NCBI GenBank assembly: GCA_001642005.1
Contig: LWCA01000094.1
Location: forward strand, 1 to 56,586
Direction: 5' to 3'
DNA: 56,586 bases
From: Intoshia linei
Lineage: Eukaryota > Animalia > Orthonectida
Shown here in pieces: positions 26,700-38,407 of this stretch; the stretch's first letter is position 1, and every line of letters starts with the position of its first letter. Made by a program: the position numbers and the translations under genes. The notes under the pieces were generated by a model. That model was not told where the DNA came from. It saw only the letters and a list, made by a program, of their open reading frames with translations, and did no database searches.

Positions 26700-27436
26700 T
26701 TGATTTTTCACTGTAAAGGTATTGAGATTTGATAACATTGGTTGATAACATATTAAAAGTTATTTTTCACCGCGAAATTTCTGATGCGTAGATTTCTAAA
26801 GTTGACATTTTGTATCTACATGATAATATTTAGAATAAGCTGTATCAGAATAATGTTTTTTTTAATTTAAAATTTTTTGTTAATAACTAATTTCAAAATA
26901 AAAAAAAATAAATAATAAAATGTTTTTTGATAATGAAAGCGCCATTTTCTGAGATTAAAAATTTTTTTGTGTGTCAACTGGACGCAAATATATGAGCTGA
27001 ACTAAGTTTTAAATTTTGACACTATTTTCATTTTTTATTATCTTAAACATTATCACTGAATTTATGTTTTATAAAATTATAGGACTTTTTTCATTTTTAA
27101 AAAAAAAGGTAATTTGTGGTTTTTGATCATAAATATGTAAGATTTTGGAATAGACATTTAACATAATATTGATGATTCTAAAATTTTATCATATTATGTA
27201 TTGGTGATAATTATAAGGCTTGTTTGAATTTTAACAATAATTTAAAAATAGGGAAATGGTTTTTTGACCCTGAAGGATTCAATTTCTGAAAATCACACAT
27301 AGATAAAAACATATCCTGTTAAAAACTGTATTTACACTTGGGATTGTTTAAATCTGAGCATTGTTAATTTTTTAAATAAACGGTAACAAACCGTCACACA
27401 CAGTTCAATTATATTTAATTTAATGTAAGTAAAGGA
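26700..27436 (-). mobile_element. Helitron-like family copy (partial)
   Basis: Shares AATTTGTGGTTTTTGA and TTTTGACCCTGAAG modules; ends ACACACAG..TAAGTAAAGGA|T (5' A|TC on minus strand). Confidence 0.6.
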
Positions 27437-29116
27437 TATTTTCCCACACTTAGTTTCATAATAAATGAATGTATTCCATCTTACTATAATCATTATAGTG
27501 TAATTTATTAAAAATTGAAAATTAAATTATGACGAAACCTTCAAATGCAAAACTGACCAAGATGATGTTAAAAAGTCGGATTTTTAGTCTTACCTATCCA
27601 GACATCAATATACACTAAAAATTCTGAATATAAAATGTTAACTTTATACTTTGTAACTTATATGCCATAAATAATTTGTGATTCTAATTTGGACATTTTA
27701 CGAATTAATTAATATAATAAATTTTTAATACTTAATTAATATTTATTTTATTATTTCATAAAATGTGAATTAGGGCTATTGATAGAAAATAGTTTTTATA
27801 ATTTTTTTGTTAATTTTCACTAATTATAAATAATTGTTATTAATGTTATAAATAAACTGTTATGTTTGTATTCATGTTCCATGTTATTGAAAATTATTAA
27901 ATTTGACTAATATAATGAAATCATAAATAAAAATATACAGGTAATAATCAAGCATAGTTATCAAAAACAATTTAATTAAACCAGTTCTTCAATTATTTAA
28001 TATTTATTTGTTTATGAAATTAATTCCTTTCCAAATTACAATTATAATTGTAAACAAGTTTATAAATGTATTTTACTTTGAAATATCATAAAAGTCAATA
28101 ATAACATTTAACAAAATATGATAATTTAAAAAGTTTTAAATGATTTGAAATGTAATTGAATGAATTATATGTAAAATTTAAAAAATTGAAACGATATAAT
28201 GGAATTTAAAGTTTATAATGTATTTATTATTAGTATAATGATGTAATCTTTTTAAATTTAAATTTAATCAATTAAATTATTAATATTTGGTTAAATAAAA
28301 GCAATGTATTGTATATTTGATACAAATTTTGAATTTATAAAATTTATAGTAAAAAATTACTTTTTATTAAGAATAAATTATTAAAATTAAATTTGAAGAG
28401 CTAGTATACCAACAAGCTCAGACTATTAATAACAATTGCAATTACACGCTATATGATATATTTATATCCTTAGGCCCCATTTATTCATTCAATTGTTGTT
28501 ATTTTATTTGACAAATTTAATTTAATACTTGAAATGATTTGATATAAAAAATATGGTTGTGTCTTTATTTAGATCCATTAAGATTATGTTAAACACAGCT
28601 TGTCATATTTATTCAATTTTCCAGTTTTTTGTTTCATTTCATGTCAAAATACTGTTAAAAACGTTATGTTTTATTGATTTTCAATGAAAGGTTAACATTT
28701 GAACAATATTATATCTAATTTGTATACCCTTCTCTTATCCCTGTTGTAAATTTTTTATAATAGAGTCAATGCCCTTAATTTTTAGTTTTACTAATTGTAA
28801 GTGCATTTATGATTTATATATTTTTTGTTTTCAGTTTTATATTTATGTCTAATTGTATTTTATGTAAACGGTTTACAAATTGGGTTTGTTCAATTTTTTG
28901 ATATGGTTGACTTTTCATTTGAAATAAAAGTTAAATGCTTAATTATCGAATAGTTTAAAATATAATCTCACTTAACAACGTGAGGATGTAATTTTGATGG
29001 ACAAAATTAACATTTAAAAATCAGTCATCATTAATCTCATTGAGATTAGTATTCTTTTTAAGCACGAAATTGCGAAGGTCAAATAAATATATATATTTTA
29101 CATTCATTACTTATAT

Positions 29117-29486
29117 CAGGGTGGCCCAAAGTGTGGCCCGTGGGCCGCTTGTGGTCCACCAAATCAAATTGTGCTGCCCGTGTTTTTGTTTAGTAATATA
29201 TTTTAAAAAAAATTTATTTAAAGAGTATCATAATTACCACATTATCTAGCATTAATTTAAATTTTTAGAAATAATTCTGTCTGTCTGTACTAATTATATT
29301 TTTAATTGGCGTAATATTCATATTATGAAACTATATACTAATATAGTAATAATTTTCTGATTAATGTGAAATTTTGACTTTTTTTACTTATTCTTGCCTT
29401 AGAACTATATTTTTCAATGTTGCGGTCCGCAAAATTTATAAAATGTATTTTTGGGGCCTCACGCGCCATATGTAGGAACCACCCTG
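29117..29486. mobile_element. hAT (Charlie/Buster-type) MITE
   Basis: TIRs CAGGGTGGCCCAAA / TAGGAACCACCCTG; subterminal GGCCCG motifs; perfect TSD ACTTATAT. Confidence 0.9.
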
Positions 29487-29502
29487 ACTTATATAATTAC
29501 TT

Positions 29503-30257
29503 AACCTATATAAAACGGAATGTTTGTGTGCATTACCGATTAATTAAAACAAAAATACTATTTCAATGCAGTTTTTCGACGGTTATGTTTTATCGCAAAT
29601 TTCATTTTCAGAAATTGGGCGCTTCAGGGTCAAAACCCAAATCACTTTTTTTTAAAAATAAAAGCAGCCCAAAAATTTAATAAAAGATAAATTCTGCGAC
29701 GCGTGTAAAATCATTAACATTGTCGTAAATCTCAGCCTCAGAAACGCACACCTTCATGGTTAAAACCACATATCACATTACTTTTTACTTTAAACTTAAT
29801 TATTCCATATGTTTGTATTGTCATAAAATGCTTTTTTGACCATGAAGTCGTCACTTAATTGGATTAAAATTTTTTGATATTCTAGAGCTGTTTTGATTAA
29901 AAAAAGAAAGGTAATTTGTGGTTTTGACCCTGAAGATATAATGTTTTTAAATTTAAATTTATGGTAATGTTTATGATTATAAAATCCGCATCAGCGTATA
30001 TATTTTTTTAAATTCTTTAATACGTTTGATTTTCAAAAAGAGGGACAACTGGGATGTTAGATCCGTAAGATGTGAAATTGGGAGGTTGAAATTAAATTTG
30101 TGAACACCCCCGAAAAAAACTATAATTGAAATGTGGACTTTATAAAATTCTAAGACGGGATAGTTATTTAAATAAAGTTTGACACAGTGTGTCCGACACA
30201 CAAACACACGCACACACACACAAACAAAAATTGCGTAGCATATTATATAAGTTAGGA
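29503..30257. mobile_element. Two Helitron-like family segments in opposite orientation (+ ~29503-29770, - ~29770-30257)
   Basis: Left part matches the reverse complement of 39250-39521; right part matches 32520-32983 and 38850-39142 and ends ACACACAAAC..TATAAGTTAGGA|T. Confidence 0.65.
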
Positions 30258-30858
30258 TAAATTCTGGGATAGTTTTTAAAATCATAAACATTATCGTAAA
30301 TCGCAATCTTAATAACGTGTTGTTTCACAATCAAAATCAACGATTACCCATTTTTAATAAAATATCAACTAATAGTAGAGTTATCTCCAGTTGACATACA
30401 CAAATAAATTCAATCACACAAAATAACGTCTTCACGATCAAAAAAGCACTCTGGTATTCATTTTTTAATTTTGTGACTATTTTATTAATATTATAATGAT
30501 TAGAGGTTATTAGGGGATTAGACAAATGTAAAATTGGATAATTAATGGTACTAGGATAAATATAACTAGGATAAACTAGGACTATATAAATATGAGTTTC
30601 AAACTCATAAATTATTTTTTCTGTTTTTTTATCATTTCTATGCAATTTCTCATTTTCAAATTCCTTTAAGTTTATAATTTTACTAATATTTCGTTTAGGT
30701 GACGAGGAGAGGTCTCGGTATGTTAGGTTCGCTCTTTCACTAATACATCAAAATCTTCTTTTTGGAAGTGTTGCTAAATAGGGGTTGCAAACATAAATTT
30801 ATTAATTGATGAGAAAAAAAAAAAAATTTTTTTAACATTATATATATACAGTCAGACG

Positions 30859-31196
30859 CAGTGGCGGATCTAGGATTTTCAGCCAGGGGGCGAAATAATC
30901 ATTGGAAGCTAAACTCATATAATGTATTTAAATTTGAATTTTTATATTATGTTTATTAATATATTTCTTTATCTATACTAATTTATATTTTTTTCTAGTT
31001 TGCATTCTACTAATTTTAAACTAAATAAAAAAGTAAAAAATGATAACAAGCATAATGCAATAAACGCAATTTGGTGTATCCTAAAATTTTTTTTTAATTT
31101 TATACAATGTTAACATAAAAATTAAAATATTGTAGGGCACATTTGTCACGTCAGGGACGACTCACGTTGTCCCACACCCACCTAGATCCGCTATTG
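30859..31196. mobile_element. hAT MITE (CAGTGGCGG termini)
   Basis: TIRs CAGTGGCGGATCTAGG / CCTAGATCCGCTATTG (14/16); no matching TSD seen. Confidence 0.75.
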
Positions 31197-31714
31197 GCAC
31201 TCTGTATATCTTGAACACTAAGTTAGAAAAATAACTATGTTCATTATAGGGTTTATAGTAAACGTTTTAATACCCTTAAAATATTAGTTTTGATTTTTCC
31301 ACTAAAGAAGCGGCATTGAAAAGTTAGATTGAATCAAAATTATATTCAATATATTAAATTTTTTTTAAATTTTGTAAAATAATCAATTATTTTAGCTTTT
31401 CTAGATAGTTTTTCCGATATTATATCATCGACCACTTTAAATATACATATTGTATTATTAATTCCATTCGGATACTCTTCAATGTACGAATGTACGATTA
31501 AATGACAGATTAATTTATAGTCTTATAAAAAGTTTTAAATTCATTAATATTATGATTTCATGGAATATTATGGTTTCAATTTTAAAATCTAAAATAAGGG
31601 GTGAATGTTATTGATATGATTGGGATTAAAGCTTTATTAAACTAAAATACAATTACTACAGATGTAAATATCATTAATAATGTTAATAATAATATGTGTA
31701 AATTAATATTATAA

Positions 31715-33234
31715 TTAGAAAATTTTCATTAATTTTCCTTCATTATTCAATTTCATAACAGTGTCGCATCATCCAACAAATTTCTGTTTGATGTAAACTT
31801 GAGGGACCTAAAATGATAAAAAATGAATACCAATTTACCAATAAATGTCGATGTTTACTGTTGGTGGTAAATATTTGTCAACGAATTTCACTTCGCTACG
31901 AAAATATCAATCACAAAAGTATATTTTATTAATACTGTATTATATACAATATGATATTGTATATAGTCAGAGACATACCTACTTAGCTTGAAGTCATCCC
32001 AAAAATGAAAAATAGAACCTTAAAAAAATTTCTCTAATGATGCATAGTGTGATATAACCCTCGTCATTCTAAGGATATTAACTTGTCATTTTAAATTTAG
32101 CACACAAAAATTTTATGAGAAAATAGTTATGATATTCTAAATTTCACTTAATTTAGTGGATTTGTGAGTATTTGGTCAGTGAGTATCAAGAATTTTGAGT
32201 GGAACCGTCATATCACATTACTTTTTACTTTAAAGTAATTATTCCATTTTAATTTTTTTGTTTGTTAACATATGCGTTAAGAATTTAAAAACAATTGTTA
32301 TCCCATTTTTATTTATTAGACAGAATGTGTGTATAATATTAAAAATAAAGTAAAAACAGTCCAATACTAAAAATTGTCATAAAGGTGTGAGTTTTGGAAA
32401 TTGAAATTTATATTATTATATGTAAAAATTTTCATATATAGCATAAATTCCAAAAAAAATAAAATTATATAACCTATTTTGTTATTTTCAATGTAATAAT
32501 ATATATTGAGTACCAATTTATATGAATACTAAAATGCTTTTTTGACTGTGAAGGCGTTACTTATTCAGATTGAAAATTTTTTGTGTGTTAACAGGATACA
32601 ACTGTACCATTTGTAAATTTTTTTAAATTCTAGGGCTGTTTTCATTAAAAAAAAAGGGTAATTTGTGGTTTTGGCCCTGAAGATATATTTTTTTTAAATT
32701 TAAATTTATGATAATATTTATAATTTTAAAATCCGTATCAGAGTATATATTATTTTAAATTCTCGAATACGTTTGATTTCCAAAAAAAGGACAGTTGGGT
32801 TTTTTGACCCGTAAGATGTGAGTTTGGGAGATTGAAATTTATTTTTCTAACACCCCTCGAAAAACTGTAATTTATATGTGGACTTTATACAATTATAAGA
32901 CTGGTGGTTATGGAAATAAAGCTGGACAGTGTCCAGTGGACACACATAAACAAATATTGCATAGCATATTATATAAGTAAGGAATAATTGAAAAAATACC
33001 GATTTAACAGCGTTCTTGTTAAACAAATAATCTAAAACAGCATCCTACCTTTCTGGTAGTTCGTTTGAACTCATTGTATCAATGTCATAAAATACAACAT
33101 CCTTTTCTTTCAAAATTTCTTGATCAACAATATTGTTAAACAACTCTAACTTTTTTACAATAAAGACACGTTGACTTAGTAATCATCAAGACTGTCGGAG
33201 CATTTGATATCCAAGATTTTACAGTATTGCACAT
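31715..33234 (-). pseudogene. Class I (dithiol) glutaredoxin pseudogene; exons 33234-33000 and 31807-31715
   Basis: MCNTVKSWISNAPTVLMITKSTCLYCKK[frameshift]ELFNNIVDQEILKEKDVVFYDIDTMSSNELPER*DAVLDYLFNKNAVKS|VPQVYIKQKFVG*CDTVMKLNNEGKLMKIF*: CxYC, (T/S)VP and GGxD motifs; phase-0 GT-AG intron; three lesions. Confidence 0.85.
31980..32983 (-). mobile_element. Helitron-like family copy filling the glutaredoxin intron
   Basis: Shared modules with 24410-25643, 38408-39142 and 44541-45252; terminal ACACACATAAAC..TATAAGTAAGGA; 31995-32140 also resembles ~4510-4660. Confidence 0.65.
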
Positions 33235-33682
33235 TTTAAATTATAAAAAATAAAATACAAAAAAAATAAAATTTTATAAACGATCAAACTTAATTTTTAA
33301 AGAAATGAAATGAAATACCATTTTGACACTGTATTATAATTATTAATGAACACATCTTAAATGAGAACAAAGCAATACTAAAATTATGTTATATTTTACA
33401 GATTTTACATACTTTATGAAAGTACACAACAAGTTAATAACACAATGTCTTTTATATAGGTAGATATACATTTGTACTCTATTTAATAGATTCTATTCTA
33501 TTAATTTTTTAAATTAAATTATACGAAGCACATTAAATGTAAAGTTTATAGAATATATAGAGTTTAAAAAATGCGTTTCATTGAATATTTTTAAATTACG
33601 AATTATTCATGCATTTTCAAAATGTACGGTAAAAAAAGCGAAAACTAAATGAATAATATAGAAAAATAAATAATTTATTAAT

Positions 33683-34693
33683 TTATTTTGTAAATTTATC
33701 ATCTTTATCAATTGAATCTTGATATTTAAAGTTATTAAACATTTTGTAGTATTCAAATTTAATATCATTTGAAATGACCATAATACATGAAAAAATAATT
33801 GGAAAAGATAAAGAAATGGTTAATACCCCAATAGCTACCTTCATGATTATACTATTCCAAGTATACTTTCCAAAGTAATATATAGAAATATACAAAGTGA
33901 TGGGTAGTTGAGTACATATAAAACATATCGTTTGAGCAAATAATAGACTGTTTTGATGATTAACAGATTTTTCATGTTGACCATCTGAGGTTAATTTTTT
34001 TTTCCTTCTTAATTTACCAATAATTTGAAATATAACCAATAAAATTGATGGAATAATAAACCCCAAAATAACATGAAAAAATACATTGAATTCCGCGGCC
34101 AAACTATTATAATATCGACAAACTGTTAGTTTAGCATCAGAGTAGGTATGATATTCAAACACTATAAATGTTTGAAAATTTAGCAATCCACAAATTATCC
34201 AAATACTCAAAATTACCATTGAAATTGAAAATTTTTTCCGATATTTATCAGTTTTTGATTTAAGGTTAATCATACACTTGAAAAAAGAGAGTCCTACCAG
34301 AGTAAATGCAATAACAAATAAGGTTGTTGATCTTATGAAAGAAAAAAATTTACAAAATAATCCACCGTACATCCATGATTTGTAAGAATATTGATATACC
34401 ATAAATGGAACACTTAATGCAATTAATATAATATTCGCAATGGCAATGTTTATGTAGAATAAAGATGCAAGTAATCTTTTTTTTCGTGCAACCGAAACTA
34501 GTATGCATAGAGTAATGATGTTAAAAATTAGACCAATTAATATATCAAATCCAAGTAAAGACTGAGTAATGATATTTGATGAATTTAACCAACCAGAGTC
34601 TAAATTTGATCCATTCAATAATGCATTTATTGTGTCATTCAGCGTCAAAATTGTATCCGTTGCCTGTAATAATGTTGAATTTGTAATATTCAT
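33683..34693 (-). CDS. Intronless rhodopsin-like (class A) GPCR, peptide-receptor-like, divergent
   Basis: Seven hydrophobic segments, N-terminal NxS/T sites, FYINIAIAN..LSVPF, WMYGGLFCK, TM4 Trp, ECL2 Cys, GFIIP, QLP. First ATG at 34693 (ORF track starts at a TTG at 34741). Confidence 0.9.
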   Translation of the reverse strand: MNITNSTLLQATDTILTLNDTINALLNGSNLDSGWLNSSNIITQSLLGFDILIGLIFNIITLCILVSVARKKRLLASLFYINIAIANIILIALSVPFMVYQYSYKSWMYGGLFCKFFSFIRSTTLFVIAFTLVGLSFFKCMINLKSKTDKYRKKFSISMVILSIWIICGLLNFQTFIVFEYHTYSDAKLTVCRYYNSLAAEFNVFFHVILGFIIPSILLVIFQIIGKLRRKKKLTSDGQHEKSVNHQNSLLFAQTICFICTQLPITLYISIYYFGKYTWNSIIMKVAIGVLTISLSFPIIFSCIMVISNDIKFEYYKMFNNFKYQDSIDKDDKFTK

Positions 34694-35309
34694 CGATATT
34701 AATGTATTGTGGCAGTGATTTACTATTTTAATTATTCTCAAATAAAAATAATTTAAACCAAAATGTAGATTTTATAACGATTTGTCATTTCAGAAGTCAT
34801 TATGTAGATTAAGAATTCTAATTTAGGATAGATTTTTATAAAAAAAGATATATTGCGTTAAATATTAAAATTGCCAAGTAAATTAAATGCAAATTTTTAA
34901 ATTTTTAAATTTTAAAAATTTTAATTGTATTCGTCAGTTTTGTTATCGTTATCACAAAATCAAAGGATTCTAATATCGGTACTATTGTTTAAGTATATTA
35001 TGCATTTCATATGTATTGCCATAAATTAGTGCATTCGACTTAAGTCGTCAAGTGGATATGATATCTATTTAAATTTAATTTATACTTGTACTAATGTATC
35101 AATATTAAACTATTGTGTGCATCGGATAGTTGTGGTTTGTAGAAAGTTAAATTTATGTCTAGACACTTTATTTTTTGTAAATAATGAATCACATTGAAGC
35201 CTCATTATTATTGTATTGTCTTTTGCGTCGTTTAAAATGTACGAACATTCTAAACATGGTATATTTTGACTTCATGGGTCCACATCAGTTTTTTGGGGTC
35301 TATGAAAAA

Positions 35310-35624
35310 TTTTATCATTTTTTAAAAAAAAAGTAATTTGTGGTTTTGAAAATGAAGATGTAAGTTTCTGAGGCTAATTTTAAAATTCTACAACTATATT
35401 CATTTTTAAAAAAAAGCTAATTTGGAGTTTTTATCGTGAAAATGATTTTATTTTGATTTTATTGGGTTTTTGACGCTAAAAGACTCAATTTTGGGAAATA
35501 AAACGTAGATATAAATATCACCTGCGAAAAACTGTACTAGAAATTGGTTTTATTAAATTCTAAAACTGTTAATTTTTTATATAAACTGTAACACACACAG
35601 ATATTAATTTATATAAGTAAAGGA
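35310..35624 (-). mobile_element. Helitron-like family copy (5' part)
   Basis: AATTTGTGGTTTTGA modules; ends ACACACACAG..TATAAGTAAAGGA|T. Confidence 0.6.
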
Positions 35625-36029
35625 TATTTATTACATGATTATATTTTAATATTGTTTAACATTATATCATTAGGAAAAATTATATAATAAGTTACTGTGT
35701 ATACGACGCAAAAAAAATAAAAAAATTCTTATTTTTTAGAACCAATTTCGCCATTACCCATGAAAAATATAAAATTACCCACTCGTGGTTAAACACGCAC
35801 AGGTTGGGAAGCACTGATATATATACATTAATGAACGGTCAAGGTATCGATAAAATTTATAACGTAAATTCCGATAGTTATCAAAATGGAGATAATTTTA
35901 TTGAAAACTACTTACCAATGGTAAATTTTCACACAATGGTGCGTTTTTCAAACTTTCTTCTAATTTAGATTAAATTCAAATTGACCTATTAATAACCATT
36001 TATAGAAAATTTAAAAAAAATACAAAATA

Positions 36030-37729
36030 ATGTCAGAAAATACAGAAACACACGATTTAAACCAAGAAAAAAAAAACGAAGAAAATACAGATTCAGATAA
36101 TTCATTAATTCATAATATCAACTTGGAAACTTTGCCAGAATTTGGTACTTTCCAAACCACAAATGTAGAAAGCCAAATGTTTTCTCCATCTAATAGTCTC
36201 ATTATTAGATCTCCCTTAAAAAAACGGTTTAAAAATTCTCATGACACTATTGAATCATTAATTGAAACTAAATCACACGTTCCCAGTAGTGAAATTAAAG
36301 ATGAATACACTGCCAGAGATATTTATAACAAATTACAAACGGTAAATAGATTACTACATTTAAAATACAAGTAATTTAAATCACTATCAAATTTACAAAA
36401 AAATGTTTTTTAGAGGGTTTAAGAACTTTTTAATTGACTAAGACTTAGGTTAAGTTGCTATTTAGTCATTATGGCTAAAAATAAATAACTGATTGTAATA
36501 ATAGGCATTTCGGAACTTTAAGACATTTTCAGGTCAAAGAGTCAAAGGATTTTTAGATGATTACTTTTTTAGACATTATTTAAAAATGGCAATATTATAG
36601 GGTGTGAAAACTAAAACGCATTTTCTTAGATATGATGTATTTCTAATTTTATCTAATAATTATTTTATACAGTCCACATTTAGGTAGTACATGTAATAGT
36701 AGTATCAAGATATTTTATATGATTTTACTAGGCTTGGATAAACGAATCTAATACACCAGAATTACTAAACTATCAAAATGGTTTAATTGATATATTAACA
36801 GATCAAATATCTGAAATGGAAAAAAATTTGTCTGAAACTGTAGATTTTACTGTCAATATTGGGACTCATGTTTTGGAGGTTTAATTTTTTTGCTTTAATG
36901 ATTTTGTTTTTATTAGTTGGCTAGAATTAGATATCTCATTTCTTCATATATTAGAATTAGACTAAAAAAGGTTTTTATTTATATTTTGTATATGTATATA
37001 TTTTTGTGTACTATGTATGCAGAGTCGAGCTTACCGTATCAAGATCCATCTGACGTGAGGGTCAACGTTCCTTCAATAATATTACGCTGACCCATATTTA
37101 AAAAAATTTGTAATTATTTTAATTTTAGATTGAAGATTATGTTTGTGATGTTTTAAAAGAATATGAAAATAATTCAAAATTATTGTCAGACAATGAGAAA
37201 CAGTTTGCATTAAGGTAAATTGAATTTGATAGAAAAATTTAAATAACATTCATAAAAGTGCATTTTTAATATTTTGTACATATTCTTCGACGATTGGTAC
37301 AAAATTATACAGATCGGCGATAAGAAACGCTGACGTTAATTTTATTTACTATTCGATTTAAAATTTTAAATATTAGATACAGAAACATTGTTAAAAATCA
37401 TTTAAGTGATTTTGTTGTACAAATGCCTCCCAATATGTCGACCATAAAAAATCACATGATTGGTATTTTTTATTAAATTTCGTTTTTAAAATGAAAATTA
37501 ATTTTAGCTAAACCTTTCAGATCAAATTCATATGTTTTTATGCGTGTCAAAAAACCTATACCTAGTATTGTTACCGGTAAAGACACTGACAGTTCTGTGT
37601 AATCTTATTATTTTTAATATGTTAATTTTTATTTTTAGCAAACAAATTGTAAATTTTATACCTGACAATCAATATTTAATAAAATATTCTCTTATAAAAA
37701 AATACATTGGTTGCATTGAATTAATTTAA
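36030..37729 (+). CDS. GINS4: GINS complex subunit Sld5; exons 36030-36341, 36732-36878, 36917-36970, 37129-37214, 37377-37462, 37508-37598, 37639-37729
   Basis: AWINESNTPELL, HVLE|LARIRYLISSYIRIRLKK|IE, LSDNEKQFA, QMPPNM, SYVFMRVK, QYLIKYSLI..IELI* follow the Sld5 consensus; all junctions GT-AG and in phase. Confidence 0.93.
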
Positions 37730-37923
37730 TTTTTAAATTATTTGTATTTGCAATAAATGTGTCAATACGTTCAGAATACGTTATCATTAAAATAAATGTA
37801 TTATTATACAAGGTGTACATTTATTCTTCTTTAATTTTATAATTTTTATTACTCATCCATTTCTCTGTGAGTATAGTTTCCTATTTACAACTTTTACTTG
37901 TTCTAAGATTGATATTTGAATTA

Positions 37924-38173
37924 GGGAAGTATTTTATTTGTCAGTATTTAATTAAAATAATGACAGTATATTTAAAGTACTGACAAAATAATTTTTTTAC
38001 TGCCCTTCCAATTTAAATACTGAAAATCAATTATTTATACTGACACCTTGTCAACTGGCACCTAAAATACTGAAAATCCATTATATCAACTGACAATTCA
38101 ATATTTCTACTGACAAACCATCTAAAATACTGACACTTTACGGATTAAAATTCTGACGCGATAAATACAAGCC
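37924..38173. mobile_element. MULE/Mutator-like MITE with internal tandem motif
   Basis: Perfect 9-bp TSD TTTGAATTA (37915-37923, 38174-38182); GG..CC ends with imperfect ~30-bp TIRs; repeated (AAAT)ACTGA(C/A)A. Confidence 0.75.
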
Positions 38174-38407
38174 TTTGAATTATGTATTTCACGGTATTTG
38201 TAAACGCGGATCTTAATCAAATTCTTCGCATGAAATTATATTTTTATTTTTTTGTTATCGTAAATATTTATCTATAAGGTGAATAAAAAGTTTTGACGAA
38301 AATTTCATACGCTTATAAAAAAAAACGTGATTTTTTACCTATGTACCAAATCTGAATCATAATAATATTATGGTAGTCACTTGGTTAGTGTGTTAAATAT
38401 CTATATA

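Noticed and set aside
29040-30306. ORFs 29040-29249, 29417-29680, 29977-30306 (also 42938-43144, 43988-44188)
   Set aside because: They overlap MITE or Helitron-like repeats and show no coding signature.
31769-31771. In-frame TGA in glutaredoxin as selenocysteine
   Set aside because: It replaces a Gly of the GGxD motif, not a Cys, and the gene also has a TAG and a frameshift.
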